Origin: Eledone cirrhosa | Lineage: Eukaryota | NCBI GenBank assembly: GCA_964016885.1 | Contig: OZ024743.1 | Span: forward strand, 287,866,001-287,930,000 | Direction: 5' to 3' | Length of the DNA: 64,000 nt | Shown: positions 1-13,687 of the stretch, in pieces | How positions within the stretch are numbered: position 1 is the stretch's first letter | Layout of the letters: each line of letters starts with the position of its first letter | Notes under the pieces: model-generated | The model's database searches: none | The model's input: only the letters and a program-made list of their open reading frames with translations | What the model was told of the DNA's origin: nothing | Made by a program: the position numbers and the translations under genes

Positions 1-539
1 GTATATGTGTACGTCTGTAGGTAATTTGTGCGTCTCAATATTACTTATGTGTTTATAGTGTCACCCTGTACACCTTTCATCTTACGCAGTAACCCTATTT
101 CTATTCACGGTAGTTCGATGTATTCTACCTATCTAGCTTCATGACTATTTCCATATTCTCGGGTATTCTTGACACACCTATCACACACTTTCTGTAACTC
201 TTTTCATGGCTGTTTGAAGCATACAATTTATAGACACCGACTGTTCATATCTCTGATCAGTCCCCTACATTCACCTCGCTTCTTTGGTTTATCACTCTCA
301 GATACTAACCACGAAATCTATCCCTCAAATTTAGTTTTTCCCCCTCACTTCTTCACTTTCAGACTAAACCTTATATACTACATATTAAATTGAACACCGG
401 AGCAGTTGAAATAGAAAAGAGTCAGTACTTTGATAGAACCAAAGAAACTATGTTTCTATTGGACTTTCCATGACAGAGGTGTCACCGCTTTTCAGCTGGA
501 AGATAACCGCAAGACATTTGACAATTCCGGCAATCCACC

Positions 540-682
540 ATCGCTGGACTGCTATTTTAGTTATCGACCCCAACTAAAAGATGAAAGATTAAATTGATTT
601 TGGCTTGATTTAAACTCAGTGTGCAGAGAACCAGAAAAATTCTGTAAAACCTTTAAACCGATGTTCTAATGCCTCTGCCAAT
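540..682 (-). mobile_element. Degenerate tRNA-derived SINE
   Basis: Diverged match (ttatcgaccc...atgaaag...aactcag...ctctgccaat) to the reverse complement of the intact SINE at 52745-52938. Confidence 0.6.
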
Positions 683-858
683 AAATACATATCAGCACAG
701 AATGAAAACTGGAGCCAGACAGTTGATACTTTTTAACTCATGGAGAAATACATAAATAAGACAGGTTTACATGTTTATAGCATTTATTAATGCATTTGTT
801 TAGACAGACTTTCACACAACTTCGGTTATATCATGTACTCTGTCTGTACAGATATGTA

Positions 859-1081
859 CAGTCTGTTTGCTTTCTACGCGAAGATGCGTTCGTGAACGCG
901 GCACATAAAGAAAATTCACGTAATTCAATTCTCATGTTATATATTTCTGATAAATAAAAAATATTTAAAAACTACACTCGTTATAGCGCGTTATTCGCGC
1001 AAAGTGAATATTTGATATTTTTTCAAGAGTCGTTAAAGCGAATTCGCGTATTTCAAGTTCGGGTAAAAATCGAACAGACTG
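859..1081. mobile_element. Tc1/mariner-type MITE with TA target duplication
   Basis: ta|cagtctgtttgctttctacgcgaa ... ttcgggtaaaaatcgaacagactg|ta: imperfect ~24-bp TIRs with CAGT ends and TA on both sides. Confidence 0.75.
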
Positions 1082-1240
1082 TATTTATCTTAAATACTAT
1101 ATTTTTCACAGCATTAAAATCTATAATCTCTCGGATGTTATATAGATATATTTTTTCCGAGGTAAATCTTCACCAGTTGTATTAGGATTCAGATTCTACT
1201 ATATTTTATTATATTTTTAAATTTTTGCAATAAAGTAGAT

Positions 1241-1276
<36 letters not shown>

Positions 1277-1366
1277 TACACACACTCACACACTATATAT
1301 ATATATCTTTTACCTGTTCCAGCCATCCGGCTGAGGCCATGCTGGGGCACCGCCCTTATATATATG

Positions 1367-1420
<54 letters not shown>

Positions 1421-1469
1421 AATATGCATGTATGTGTGTGTGTGTGTGTATACATATATATGCGTATAT

Positions 1470-1600
1470 GTATGTAAAAGGTAAACAGAAATAACAAAGC
1501 ATGCGACACAGTATAATCAAGAAATATATTAGTTTAACGCCTGAAATAATAGGAAAAGAATCTTCAAGTTTGGGACGCTGGTCTTCATCAGAAGATAGAA
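1470..1600 (-). mobile_element. PLE 3' terminal repeat (family A) with decayed hammerhead at 1561-1595
   Basis: Minus strand tcttCTGATGAaGACcagcGTCccaaacttgaaga...gcgttaaactaatata, homologous to the 3' end of the PLE at 13297-14522. Confidence 0.65.
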
Positions 1601-1707
1601 TGAGAGATAAAAGATGAAATAGATAGTGAGAAGATGAAGGGGCGGAAAAGAACTGAGAAAAAAAACACGTATGTATTCAGTCAGCCATTTTGGAGAGAGG
1701 TATATAT

Positions 1708-1940
1708 CAGGGACGGTGGAAGCATCTCTAAATTGGGGGAGGGGTCAAATGTTGACAATTTATTGATTAGTGATTTATTGACTAGTGATTAGTGATTAGT
1801 TTAGCTCTTTGCACTCTAAAATGGTCAGAAAACTTCCACATGCGATAAATATAGCATGTACATAAATTGATGTATGTTTTGGTAGTTTGGGGAGAAAATA
1901 TAATTATTGGAGGGGGAGATGTCACCCCCAGTTCCACCGC

Positions 1941-1945
<5 letters not shown>
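1708..1945. mobile_element. hAT-like MITE
   Basis: cagggacggtggaa ... ttccaccgccacta imperfect TIRs; the right part recurs at 61572-61678. Confidence 0.55.
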
Positions 1946-2030
<85 letters not shown>

Positions 2031-2086
2031 TGCCAATACTGGAATTGAACCATCAGCACAGTTGAGGTATGTCAGACATCAATTTA

Positions 2087-2148
2087 TTTTATCTGATGAG
2101 GACGTACTGAGGCAACAGCACAGTACCTCTGAAATATATATAATAAAA
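2087..2148 (+). ncRNA. Type I hammerhead ribozyme motif (family B)
   Basis: ttttat CTGATGA ggac GTACTG aggcaacagca CAGTAC ctct GAAA tatata TA ataaaa; in a ~165-bp insert between (TA)n tracts; paralog at 9044-9104. Confidence 0.65.
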
Positions 2149-2194
2149 TATATTTGATCACATGAATATCTATATTTATCAATATTTTGAATTA

Positions 2195-2233
<39 letters not shown>

Positions 2234-2234
<1 letters not shown>

Positions 2235-2921
2235 TAGTTGACCCGTCCGGCTGGCGCCAGGCTAGGTATACCGGCATTTTATCTTTTCTGGAATCCCCAT
2301 CTAATCCAGTGCAAAGATACCGCACGCCCTCTCAAGTCAGCGAGGGTGGGTGGGAGTGGGGTGTTTGGGGGTTAACGTGCTCTGATGTTGGGCTTGAATA
2401 GATTTTAGGATTCCCTAGTTCAGCAGCCAGTACGTTAAAGAAAATTGATAGTTACAACAATAAAGGCTGAACAGAGAACAAACTTTTTAAACAAACTTTA
2501 CAATAATTTATACAGCCATAATGGAAATTCCAAGTAACAGAAAATACATAAATTACATTGTTAGAGTCTCAGAGTATACAATATTTTTTTGTTCGGGCCT
2601 CGGGAGCAAAGATGAAGAAATTCTTTGGCAAGCTCACTCTAGAGCAATTTACATACAATTGACCATGGGAGAAGCATGGTTTTCCCAGATGAAGGCCAGC
2701 CACTTTTAGGGTTTGACCCTGAGCTTTGTTGATGGTAATTGCGAAGCTTAGTCTCTCTATTGTTCTAGTAACATTTTTTGTTCTGGAAAATCTGATCTTG
2801 CGGCCAGGCTGGGACTCTTTGGGTTGCATATCGGCAGTAACAATGACGATAAGCCGCCAGTGCTTTCGTGAAATAATTACGTTTGTTTATATTTTGTTGT
2901 GTATGCAAAAATATCTGTTCA

Positions 2922-2925
<4 letters not shown>
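2234..2925 (-). mobile_element. Helitron 3' fragment with PIF1-like helicase C-terminus
   Basis: ORF 2569-2829 contains [34 protein letters not shown] (RepHel helicase motifs V/VI); minus-strand GC-rich hairpin then CTAG|T terminus at 2234-2237. Confidence 0.85.
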
Positions 2926-3001
<76 letters not shown>

Positions 3002-3012
3002 TAACAGATTAA

Positions 3013-3063
3013 AATTTAAGCAAAGAATCGCTGCTTTCACCCTTAACAGGATCTTCTGAAACT
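3013..3063 (-). ncRNA. Hammerhead-like motif with variant CAGAAGA core (family C)
   Basis: agttt CAGAAGA t CCT gttaa GGG t GAAA GCA gcgattctt TGC TT aaatt; paralogs at 24422-24472 and 27511-27560. Confidence 0.55.
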
Positions 3064-3529
3064 AAAAATAATCAATCTGTGAACGCAGAAGTATATATTT
3101 CGAAAAACGTTGCGAGGCGTACAGTATCTTTGCACTGAATTAATTAAAAGTTGGTTAGAAGCGAAGTCAATGCAGACAGGCAGCCAGACATACAGGTATT
3201 ATAAGCGTGTGACGTTATAGCTATGTATCTAATGCAGACAGCCAGATACATATTATAAGGGCGCGACGTTATAGCTATGTATCTATCTAAAAAGACAGAC
3301 TAAGAAAGATAGAGGAATGTCGTATAACCAGAAGTGTTGACATTTGAAAATTTAAAGAAGTGAATATTTAAATAAACGATAAAATATCTTTAATCTTTTA
3401 ATGAAATTTATAAGACAAAAATACCCTCACTTTCTTACTTGGAAAAAGTTACATCTATGGTGCAAATTTGGTGCTTTTTCGTCCAGCCGTTTCGGGAAAA
3501 AGTTTCTTACATACATACGGCCGTCAGCT

Positions 3530-3585
<56 letters not shown>

Positions 3586-4074
3586 CACAGACATATATAT
3601 ATATAATAATAATAATAATAATATGTATATATATATATACATATATAATATGTGTATATATATAATAAAAAAATTATGCTCTGTGCCCTTTCGTAAGGGG
3701 TTAATATATCGAGCTTCTTCGCATTTGGTAATAAACTGGTATTATACCAAAGTTATTCATCTCAGGTCTTGAATATTTGTCTCCACCCACTGCTTATTAA
3801 TTTGTCGGTTTTTATTTCACCCTCACCCACACAATTATAAAATTTTGCTAATCTATCCTCGGCGGAATTTTATTGTAAGTGATTCATATTGATACACCAG
3901 CTGGAGAATCTAATAATAATTTTATTTTACATTAAAAAACATTGTATATGACAAAAGAACATTACAAGTCATCCCATATTTATGAACGTAAACTATACAA
4001 TTACTGATTTCCCAAGCCCCCCCCCCCCCCCCCGCATTATTTCCACCCCTCCTATTATTTGGGACCCGAGAGTG

Positions 4075-4575
4075 CCACCAAACTCTCCTTCTCTCTATGT
4101 CTATCACACAAAACTCTCCTTTAACACCCCTCTCTGTATCTACTAAAACCAAACTCTACCCCTCTCTGTATTTACCACGACAGCGCCACTCTTATCCCAC
4201 TCTTTATATCTAACACTAATACACTCTCTCACTCTCTATAAATATATACACTTATCTCTCCCAACTCTGTATATCAATCAACCCTAAACTCTCACCCTTT
4301 CTATATCTACTACATGGAACTGTCCCATTATTCCTCTTAGTATACCTACAACCGCCAAAATCTCTGCCTCTCTATATCTACAACACATTACTCACTTCCA
4401 ATCTCCCTCTCTATATCAATTAAAACCACAATATGCCCCTCTCTGTATCTACTACATGAAACTCTCTTCCAATCCCTCTCTCTATATCAATAAACATCAA
4501 TCTCTTCCCCTCTCTATATCTAATATACAACACACTCTCCCAATACCTCTCTCTATATCAATTACAACCAACCTA
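4075..4575. repeat. Degenerate C/T-rich minisatellite (ctctctatatctactacac-type)
   Basis: Repeated ctctctatatc / caaactctcc words; same family as 59580-61570. Confidence 0.7.
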
Positions 4576-4590
4576 TCAAGAGCGGGAGGG

Positions 4591-4634
4591 ATCGTCCTGA
4601 TGAGGACCAGTTCAATTCGAAATGGATCGACGAT
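4591..4634 (+). ncRNA. Minimal type I hammerhead ribozyme
   Basis: ATCGTC CTGATGA gga ccagttcaa ttc GAAA t gg a TC GACGAT: 6-bp stem I, intact core, AUC cleavage triplet. Confidence 0.7.
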
Positions 4635-4894
4635 TATCCCCCTTGCCTCTGCTGGACACCACTAGGTGGCGGTAGCCGCTGGTGTTTTTGCATAGCTACG
4701 GCTTTCTAAATGTTTATTTATAAACATACCGTATTTCTTTAGAAATACGAAATTCCAATACATATCTGTATACAGCTATGCTTGAAGCTAAATTCTAATT
4801 CTACTATATATATATATGTCTATACGTATATATGTCTATACGTATATAAGAAAATGCGAAGTAGTTTCAGATGTTAAAGCCCTTTAATGATAAT

Positions 4895-4969
4895 GCTGTG
4901 GTAAATATTTCAATGACGACAGTGGCCACAGGCTTCGGTGTACCCAGTGCCGTGACATCATCAGACAGC
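4895..4969 (-). ncRNA. Hammerhead motif with extended stem II (U16.1 apparently mutated)
   Basis: GCTGT CTGATGA tgtc ACGGCA...TGTCGT catt GAAA tatttacc ACAGC. Confidence 0.55.
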
Positions 4970-5087
4970 TTCTTACATAATAAGGTTATGTTCCCGAGGC
5001 AATCCAAATTGAATCGATAAGGGAACCGACAAAGCGGGTGTTCTTGAATCCTTCGCCCGTTCCCTTGGAACCTTATTATGTAAGAAG

Positions 5088-5369
5088 CTTTTTGTCGTGA
5101 CATCTACACGACCACTTTACAGTGATTACTGGGTGCCTTTTGTCGTGACATCTACACGACCACTTTACAGTGATTACTGGGTGCCTTTTGTCGTGACATC
5201 TACACGACCACTTTACAGTGATTACTGGGTGCCTTTTGTCGTGACATCTACACGACCACTTTACAGTGATTACCAGGTGCTTTTTGTCGTGACGCCTACA
5301 CGACCACTTTACAGTGATTACTGGGTGCCTTTTGTCGTGTCATCTACACGACCACTTTACAGTGCTTAT
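5088..5369. repeat. 48-bp tandem repeat, ~5.8 copies
   Basis: Unit ttttgtcgtgacatctacacgaccactttacagtgattactgggtgcc. Confidence 0.95.
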
Positions 5370-5567
5370 TTGTGCAAAGAGATAAAAAGAAAGACAGAGA
5401 ACAATTAGAGAAAGTATTATTTGGTTAAAGCCTGAATGAAATGGAAAAATAAGTCTCTTTGAGGTATCGGATATTGGTACTTCACAAGGTAAGAGAAGAG
5501 AGTGAAGCTAGGAGGGAGCAGATGTTGGTATACATATGTATAGTGAAGACGTTCCAACTTGAGTTCT

Positions 5568-5604
<37 letters not shown>

Positions 5605-5643
5605 CACATACAGACACATTTAAACACACGCACATACACCTTC

Positions 5644-5718
<75 letters not shown>

Positions 5719-5776
5719 AATATATGTATGTGTATATAAATATACACATACATGCATACACACATACTCACATGCA

Positions 5777-5864
<88 letters not shown>

Positions 5865-6253
5865 GCTATACACAGAAGGAGAATCAGAGAGAGGTAGAAA
5901 GGGTGGGGAGAGAAAAACTAGGTGGCATACAATCAGATACATTGATAGGCAGAAGATAGAAAGAAAAGTCCACAGAATACAATATCAGCTTTTCTTGGTG
6001 TGTCTCTGTGAGGCGATGTGAGGCAATGTTACGACTTATCAAAATTGATTTCCGTCATTTCACTTACAATTTCAATGATGCCGTCTTAATTACACACAGA
6101 GTAAAGTGTTGATGGAATTTCTTGCCAAATATTACCCAAGAGCTTACAGACATTCAAATAGAATTGTTTTCCATCAAGCAACCATGCCAATAATCTAATG
6201 AAAGACGTAAAACCGTATATATAATTGTATGTGTGTGTATGTATGTGTGTGTG

Positions 6254-6339
<86 letters not shown>

Positions 6340-6363
6340 CGTATGTATGTATGTATATATATG

Positions 6364-6403
<40 letters not shown>

Positions 6404-6839
6404 TTAGCCTTCAACTACTTATGTATATATGTAAGTACGTATGTATGTATGTATGTATGTATGTATGTATGTATGTATGTATGTATGGATGGATGTATGT
6501 ATGTATGCATGTATGTGCGTGTGTGTATTTATGTATGTGTATATGTGTATGTATGTATGTGCGTGTGTGTATGTATGTGCGAGTATGTATATGTGTATGT
6601 ATGTGCTTGTTTATATGTATGTATGTGCTTGTTTGTATGAATGCATGCGTGTACGTATGTATGTATGTACACACACATATATGTGTGTATGTATGTGTAT
6701 GTGAGTGTTTGTGTGTATATATATGTATGTATGTGTGTATAGAGACTCAGACTTACACATATGTGTGTCAATATTTTAAAAGTTATTTTCAATTTGCTCA
6801 TCATCATCATCACTATCACCATTATCTTCATTATTGATA

Positions 6840-7061
6840 TTATTGTTTTGGCTGCTGTTGTTGTTGTCGTCGCTGTTGTTGTTGTTGTCGTCGCCGTTGT
6901 CGTCGCCATTGTCGTCGTTGTTGTTGTTGTTGTTGTTGTCGTTGTCGTTGTTGTCGTTGTCGTTGTTGTTGTTATTGTTGTTGTTGTTGTTGTTGTTGTT
7001 GTCGTTGTCGTTGTTGTTGTTATTGTTGTTGTTATCGTTGTTGTTGTTGTTGTTGTTGTTC

Positions 7062-7126
<65 letters not shown>

Positions 7127-7173
7127 CTTCTTCTTCTTCTTCTTCTTCTTCTTCTTCTTCTTCTTCTTCTTCT
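6840..7173. repeat. (GTT)n/(GTC)n then (CTT)n microsatellite
   Basis: Read directly. Confidence 0.95.
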
Positions 7174-8482
7174 ATATTTTGATCGCCACAGTCAATTTAT
7201 GAAAAGAAAAGCTGAATACTCAGTCGAGGGCGTTTTTCTGGCCGAAGGGGTCACCGTGTTGTGTGTTTCTATACGTTAGAGAAAGATAACCATTGCTTGG
7301 GAAAGATTGAAGAATTAGACGAGCTTGTGTGTTGTTTGGATGATAGACGTATTATTGGGTACTAGACATAATCTTGGGTACTAGACGTAATATTGGGTGA
7401 TAGACTTAAATTATGTGTGGTAGATTTGATAACAGGCCGTAGACTCCATCTTGGGTCGTAGATTTAATATTGGATGATAGACTTAATCTTGGGTGGTACA
7501 CTAAAATTCATTGTATTCAGCGAAATTATGAGCGGAATTTATCCATTTGACAGTAACATTTTGCACAGAGAACGAATTTCAGCTATTTTAGCAAAACACA
7601 CTCACACACAGACACACACACATACACGCAGACACATACGCACACACACACATACACACAGAGACGGGGACACACAGACACACACAGTGGCGGACTGGAT
7701 CTAAAAATATTTCTTGCCAGGCGATGAAGGTGGCCCACCTACATATAGAATGCTATTATTTAATTCTTATAATGAATAAATAACGTTTTCGAAAAATACA
7801 TAACAGTGCAATCAAATTTTTGCGGAAAAATACTCCAATAAAAAATATTATATATTTTGCGAAATCCAGAGACTTTCAATAATGACCAGAACTCGACCCT
7901 AAATATTACTAATAACTCTAGGAAAGCCATGAACGACACCACATCTTTTTAACTTTTATTTTGAAAGTAGGTTTATAATTATCAATTTTCGTTAAACTTT
8001 TGAAGCTGTCTCGGTGGCCTAGTTGGATGAAAATAAAAATAAAAATAAAAACTTGACAAGGATTGAACGCAAACGCAGGGTCGCCACCACGTCTGGCACC
8101 TACCGCTAGGCCACAGAGACAACTACAAAATTATTATGAAAATTCATACTTATAAATCTACTTTCAAAATATTCAAAACAAAGTGCTGTGGTGTCGTTCA
8201 TGTCTTTCTTAATGTTATTGCTCCTACTTAAGGCCGACTTCTCAATCATTTGGGTTTTCCATAAACTACATCCTCGTTTTGTTTCACATCTTTCTAGACT
8301 ATATTTTAACCTGTAATCCATGTTTCATTTCTGTTGCGCCTCATATCTCCCCCACCCCATCTAGCTCTTTCTCTCTGTTATATTTGAATCTACTATGATT
8401 TGGGCTTACTTTATTCATATATATATGTTTTTGCATGTCAGATTCAAACTTATAACGATTGGCATTAAATATATATATAAAT

Positions 8483-8640
8483 AATGACCTTATTATTCCT
8501 ATGTGTTTAACTGTTGAATTAATTTAATTTGATTATTTTAGCAAACAAATAATATATATATATATATATATTATTTGTTTGCTAAAATAATCAAATTAAA
8601 TTAATTCAACAGTTAAACACATAGAAATAATAAGGTCATT
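8483..8640. repeat. Near-perfect palindrome centred on (TA)n
   Basis: aatgaccttattattcctatgtgtttaactg...(TA)n...cagttaaacacatagaaataataaggtcatt. Confidence 0.9.
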
Positions 8641-8735
8641 TCTGTTTCACCTCATTTATCCTGTTTCACCTCTCTGTGATATTTGAATCTATATGTTTTT
8701 GCATATCAGTTAGATTCAAATTTACAATGATTGGC

Positions 8736-8775
<40 letters not shown>

Positions 8776-8777
<2 letters not shown>

Positions 8778-8968
8778 GTTTAATATAGAAAAGCTTCTAC
8801 AGGACTAGAACTGTTTCATTCGTGAGAGATCATGAGGGAGCCTTATGATTTCTCACGAATGAAACAGTTCTAGTCCTGTAGAAGATTTTCTATATTAAAC
8901 ATATATACTCTGCTTTGTATTGAGTACTTTACTTTCTGTGGTTACCACCGATTGAACACGGGATAACT
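8776..8968. mobile_element. Fold-back PLE-type terminal fragment (family D) with a hammerhead motif on each arm
   Basis: Palindrome 8776-8902 flanked by (TA)n; arms read CTtATGA or CTcATGA, then t-ttctcacgaa-t (one arm t-ctctcacgaa-t), GAAA CAG ttctagtc CTG TA gaag. Confidence 0.7.
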
Positions 8969-9043
8969 TATATATATATATATATATATATATCTTATTC
9001 AGAATATTAATAAATGAAAATATTCACATAATCAAAATATATG

Positions 9044-9104
9044 TTTTATTATATATATTTCGAAGGTACTGTGCTGTTTTTTCAGTACATCCTCGTCAGA
9101 TAAA
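9044..9104 (-). ncRNA. Type I hammerhead motif (family B)
   Basis: tttat CTGACGA ggat GTACTG aaaaaacagca CAGTAC cttc GAAA tatata TA ataaaa; flanks 8995-9167 are homologous to 2029-2192. Confidence 0.7.
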
Positions 9105-9925
9105 ATACATGAATTGATGTATCACATACCTCAACGGTCTTGATGGTTCAATTCCAGTATCGGCAGTGATTTATTACAACAAATCTCAACATTTATATAC
9201 CACAAATAATAACATAATAAACTTATATTTAATGAAGAAGAGGATGTGGAGCGTAATATATAAGGAGGTATAAGGAGGGGGTGAGTATGAGGAAATGCAA
9301 GAAGAAAATAAATAAGTACATACATACATAAATATTTAAATGCGTAAATAGACGTATTAGGGAAGAAAAAGGAAGATAGAGAGAGATAGAAGAGAGAAGA
9401 AGACGGAAATAACGGCAAAAAAGAAAGAGAAATGATGTGTGACCGCTGCTTTCAAATATTAAGTCAAATAGAGGCGACCAATTAAATACCATGAAATTTT
9501 TAATATCTTTTGTATTTGGTTATCTTTAAGCTAATTATACTAATATATTATATCAGAATTAAACAATATAAAATATTTTCTATAGCAATCAGAACCATAG
9601 TTTAATTAAGCAATATATTTACTAAATATTTTGTTACAATATTCAAAAACAATTTTATCTTTAAAGCATGTTTAAATACCTATTAAATATGTATAAGGAT
9701 AATTATTAAAACCCATGCATATATCACCATCAGTATATATATTTTTTATTTATATTATGTTAAGAATTATTATCTGAATCATTCAATTTTCATTATAAAA
9801 TCATTTCAATTCAATGGTTGTCTTTTCATTACAGGATTAATTAGTTATTATATTTACTCCTAAAAGTATTATTATTTCGATTTTACTTCCGTAATTTCAT
9901 TTTATTATATATAGTTATATATTGG

Positions 9926-10598
<673 letters not shown>

Positions 10599-10603
<5 letters not shown>

Positions 10604-11442
10604 TTTAGAAGTGAAGCATATCAATTTGTCTCTGGATGTTTACTGAGGAGTGCGGGACATGATATTCCTACACTTTTTTAACTCGAAACATATTTGGATC
10701 TTAAAGTCTAAACTTATCTACGGAACAGGTTTGATTTTGAAATTTAAATGTGTCTAAACATCACGGCCTTTTGGCAATACAGTTCGTCTCCGTTGATTTA
10801 TTATTTTAAATCGATATGGACAAACTGTAGTATAATAATTAGTATACTTCAATCTGGCTAAATTTTTCTTTTGCAATATATATACAGATGTGTTGGTATC
10901 TGTGTTTCATCACTTACATATTAATTTATACACTGCTCAGGGGATATTTTTTCCTCATTCGAGCTGATTCCATTGTAAAAGAATTCATTACCTTATTAAT
11001 TTTAACTGCTCCTAGTTTGAGCTGCAAACCGTCCCATATATACGACTGTTATTTCTAGCAGTACGGTTATGAGACTAGTTAGATACTGTAAAGCCATGTG
11101 CACCACGCAGTCTTTTAAATTATTTAGAAGTGAAGCATATCAATTTGTCTCTGGATGTTTACTGAGGAGTGCGGGACATGATATTCCTACACTTTTTTAA
11201 CTCGAAACATATTTGGATCTTAAAGTCTAAACTTATCTACGGAACAGGTTTGATTTTGAAATTTAAATGTGTCTAAACATCACCGCCTTTTGGCAATACA
11301 GTTCGTCTCCGTTGATTTATTATTTTAAATCGATATGGACAAACTGTAGTATAATAATTAGTATACTTCAATCTGGCTAAATTTTTCTTTTGCAATATAT
11401 ATACAGATGTGTTGGTATCTGTGTTTCATCACTTACATATTA

Positions 11443-11449
<7 letters not shown>
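10599..11449 (+). mobile_element. Partial-tandem element: two 332-bp direct repeats, period 519 bp, flanked by (TA)n
   Basis: 10599-10930 is nearly identical to 11118-11449; each copy has a CTGAGGA...hairpin...tcGAAAc hammerhead-like core. Confidence 0.7.
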
Positions 11450-11527
<78 letters not shown>

Positions 11528-11563
11528 GAACAAAAACAGAGAGGCGGTACAAACAAAAGTTTA

Positions 11564-11602
<39 letters not shown>

Positions 11603-11850
11603 TGGCGGACTAGCTCTAAATATTTTGGTTGTCATATGAAGGGGGCCCACCTACATAGAATGGTATCATTTAATTTTTATAATGAATAAATAACATTTTC
11701 AAAAAAACATAAGTGGAAACAAAACAGTGCAATCCAATTATGGCGGAAAAATATCTTAATTCTCCAATAAAAAAAAAATGTATTTTGCGAAGTTCAGTGA
11801 CTTTCAATAATGATCTTTGATCTTTCACACTCACTCAATATATATATATA

Positions 11851-12095
11851 TGAATGAAAAATAGAGCGAGAAACGGGACAGTCCATCATCAGTGATCTTC
11901 TGACTATCATCGATATTTCTTCGCATTTTGCATTACTACTTTTGTTTGTTTACTGTCCCTCTTTCTCCACCCAATTCGCTGTGTCCCAATAACTTATTTT
12001 AGTTATTGCTCGCACTGATTTTGAGGGAAATATCGATGATAGTCAGAAGATCACTGATGATGGACAGTCTCGTTTCTCGCTCTATTTTTCATTCA
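11851..12095. repeat. Inverted repeat (11851-11919 / 12027-12095) flanked by TA runs
   Basis: 69-bp arms with ~2 mismatches. Confidence 0.85.
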
Positions 12096-12135
12096 TATAT
12101 ATCACACTCGCAACAACGCAGCACGCCATTTTTCA

Positions 12136-12239
<104 letters not shown>

Positions 12240-12979
12240 TATCTATCTAATTATCTATATCTATATACATATATATATATACACCACCTTCACCACTAAT
12301 TGTTTTGACAGATGTCTTTAACACATTGATACCAAATATTATTTGGTTAGTAGTTCGTGTGTAAGTATATAAATATATATATATATGCTTGCGTGTCTGT
12401 GTTTATATATGTATGTTTGCATGCATGAATGAATACACTAAACTTTAGATTTAGTAGAATGTACAACCACCGATTCCAGCTATTTGCACTATCATATATT
12501 TTGTTTTCTAGTAATTCCCTGGGGAATTGGTTGACCAAATGCTTTGCTTGATTGTTTTATTTATTTAGAAAAACAATTTATTCTTTCTCTTAGATTTCAG
12601 GTATTTTTTGAAAGCAAAGCTTTGGCCCCTAAAATACAGACAGTGTGCCCTGCAATGCTTCTGTGGGCTCTTGAAATGCAACCGTGGGCCTCCTGGGGCC
12701 CACTTGCCATTGGGCAACCTGGCCAGTCCACCACTGCACATACACATCATATATGCATATATTAATAGTTGTTACCTTTATAAGAAAAATAAAATACGTA
12801 AGTGTATGATTTTCAGGGAATTGAAGGTACAAACTGTTTTTGACACGTGTACTTGGAAACGAAACTCTAGGTCCTTGAGTCACTAAAGTAGCTCTCGTTT
12901 ATAATAAAATATATAAATGACTCTTTCATGTATTTAGTTTTGCTTAAAGGTTTCCCATACACACAAACAAATACACAGA

Positions 12980-13103
<124 letters not shown>

Positions 13104-13220
13104 AATAAATATACACGGGTGTGTATGATTGTGTATAGAAGATTATATTAATAAAAGGAATTTTCAACTGTGAAAATTTTCACAGTTGAAAATTGCAAAC
13201 TTGACTGTCACCACAGAATA

Positions 13221-13259
13221 TGAACCTGAAGATTGCGAAAGCATGAGAGTACTTGTTCA
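13221..13259 (+). ncRNA. Hammerhead motif with GAGA in place of GAAA
   Basis: TGAAC CTGAAGA t TGC gaaa GCA t GAGA gt ac TT GTTCA, inside a small fold-back insert 13144-13290. Confidence 0.55.
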
Positions 13260-13385
13260 ATTAACACTTGGAATTCCTTTTATTAATATATATATATATG
13301 TAAAAGATAAACAGAAATAACAACACAATCGGGACAGTATGTGGAAGGGATATATTAGGTTAACGCTTGAATGGCAGGAAGAGGG

Positions 13386-13420
13386 TCTTAACGTTTCGGG
13401 CGCTAGTCCTTCATCAGAAG
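13386..13420 (-). ncRNA. Minimal type I hammerhead (PLE family A), palindromic stem III AACGTT
   Basis: ctt CTGATGA aggactagcgccc GAAA cg t TA aga. Confidence 0.65.
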
Positions 13421-13651
13421 AAAGAATGAGAAATAAGATAGATTGAGGGGACGGGAGGGTTGGAATTGGTAAAATTGTCTTTAGATAAAAATAACAGGTC
13501 CATTTATGTTGACATCTCTTGCAAAACTGTCGGTGCTGGCGTTTTATGTATGATTTATTTTTTAGCAAAGTGGATGATGGCAGGCGTCTACCTGAAATGG
13601 AAAAAAAACCGTTTTGTAAAAAGAACTATACTTGTGAACGTGCGTAAGCAT

Positions 13652-13687
<36 letters not shown>

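Noticed and set aside
5088-5369. Repeat protein VVTSTRPLYSDYWVPF
   Set aside because: A 48-bp DNA tandem repeat with no evidence of coding
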